64,000 nucleotides of DNA. Origin: Antedon mediterranea. Lineage: Eukaryota; Animalia; Echinodermata. The stretch lies in contig NC_092675.1 in the NCBI RefSeq assembly GCF_964355755.1, positions 7,869,812-7,933,811 on the forward strand, in the 5' to 3' direction. Below, in pieces: positions 63,531 through 64,000 of this stretch. Positions within the stretch are counted from its first letter, which is position 1, and each line of letters starts with the position of its first letter. The notes beneath the pieces are model-generated. The model was not told where the DNA came from. It was given only the letters and a program-made list of their open reading frames with translations, and did not search any database. The translations under genes were made by a program, and so were the position numbers.

Positions 63531-63938
63531 ATTACATGATCTGTTGACTGTTTATATGGCGTATAATAAATAAGACCTATTTTAGAATATGCTGCCCCTG
63601 TTTGGCATGGCGCTATCACTAAGGAAATGTCCAAGTCTATTGAAAAGGTACAAAAGAGAGCATTGCGTATCATGCTAGGTAACAACTATTTGTGCTATGA
63701 TCATGCATTGTCTGTTACTGGTTTACCTACTCTTGTTGAGAGAAGAAACAAACTTGTGCTGTCTTTCGGGGAAGGCTTATTAAAATCCTAGCTGTTTATA
63801 GAAATACTTCCCCCTCTTCATAAGCCAGCTCGGTCTCTCAGATTCAACCGCTTTCTAGAAGTACCTCATTGTAAAACCAGCAGACTTAGGTCGTCTCCAG
63901 TTCCCACCATGGTGGATATAATTAATAGGCACCACTAG
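63531..63938 (+). mobile_element. CR1/L2-group LINE 3' fragment
   Basis: IRPILEYAAPVWHGAITKEMSKSIEKVQKRALRIMLG...YDHALSVTGLPTLVERR...PHCKTSRLRSSPVP, with frameshifts and stops. Confidence 0.85.
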
Positions 63939-64000
63939 CTCTTTTTTAGATATGTAATAAGTGAATGTTTTAAGGTTTTTTATTCATCTATGTTTTTAAT

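Overview
AT-rich, intron-containing eukaryotic DNA. The gene content and repeat landscape suggest a marine invertebrate, possibly an echinoderm-like deuterostome (inference). Hand-spliced reading gives six protein-coding genes: the 5' part of ERCC4/XPF (-, runs off the window start); a kelch beta-propeller gene (+) that appears to lack one blade-encoding exon; an SLC1/EAAT glutamate transporter (-) with an unusually large (~350 aa), Met-rich, internally repeated extracellular TM4b-4c insert; GADD45GIP1/CRIF1 (-); TMEM59 (+); and a GluN3-like NMDA receptor subunit (-) with a non-canonical Cys-His pore tip. Introns and intergenic DNA hold several MITE families (one nested insertion shows a 3-bp TAA target duplication), a perfect head-to-tail array of three non-autonomous Helitrons, Helentron-type (HINE) elements, tRNA-derived SINEs, LINE 3' fragments, long palindromes and minisatellites. 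Most short ORFs in the supplied track are spurious. All coordinates were read by eye.
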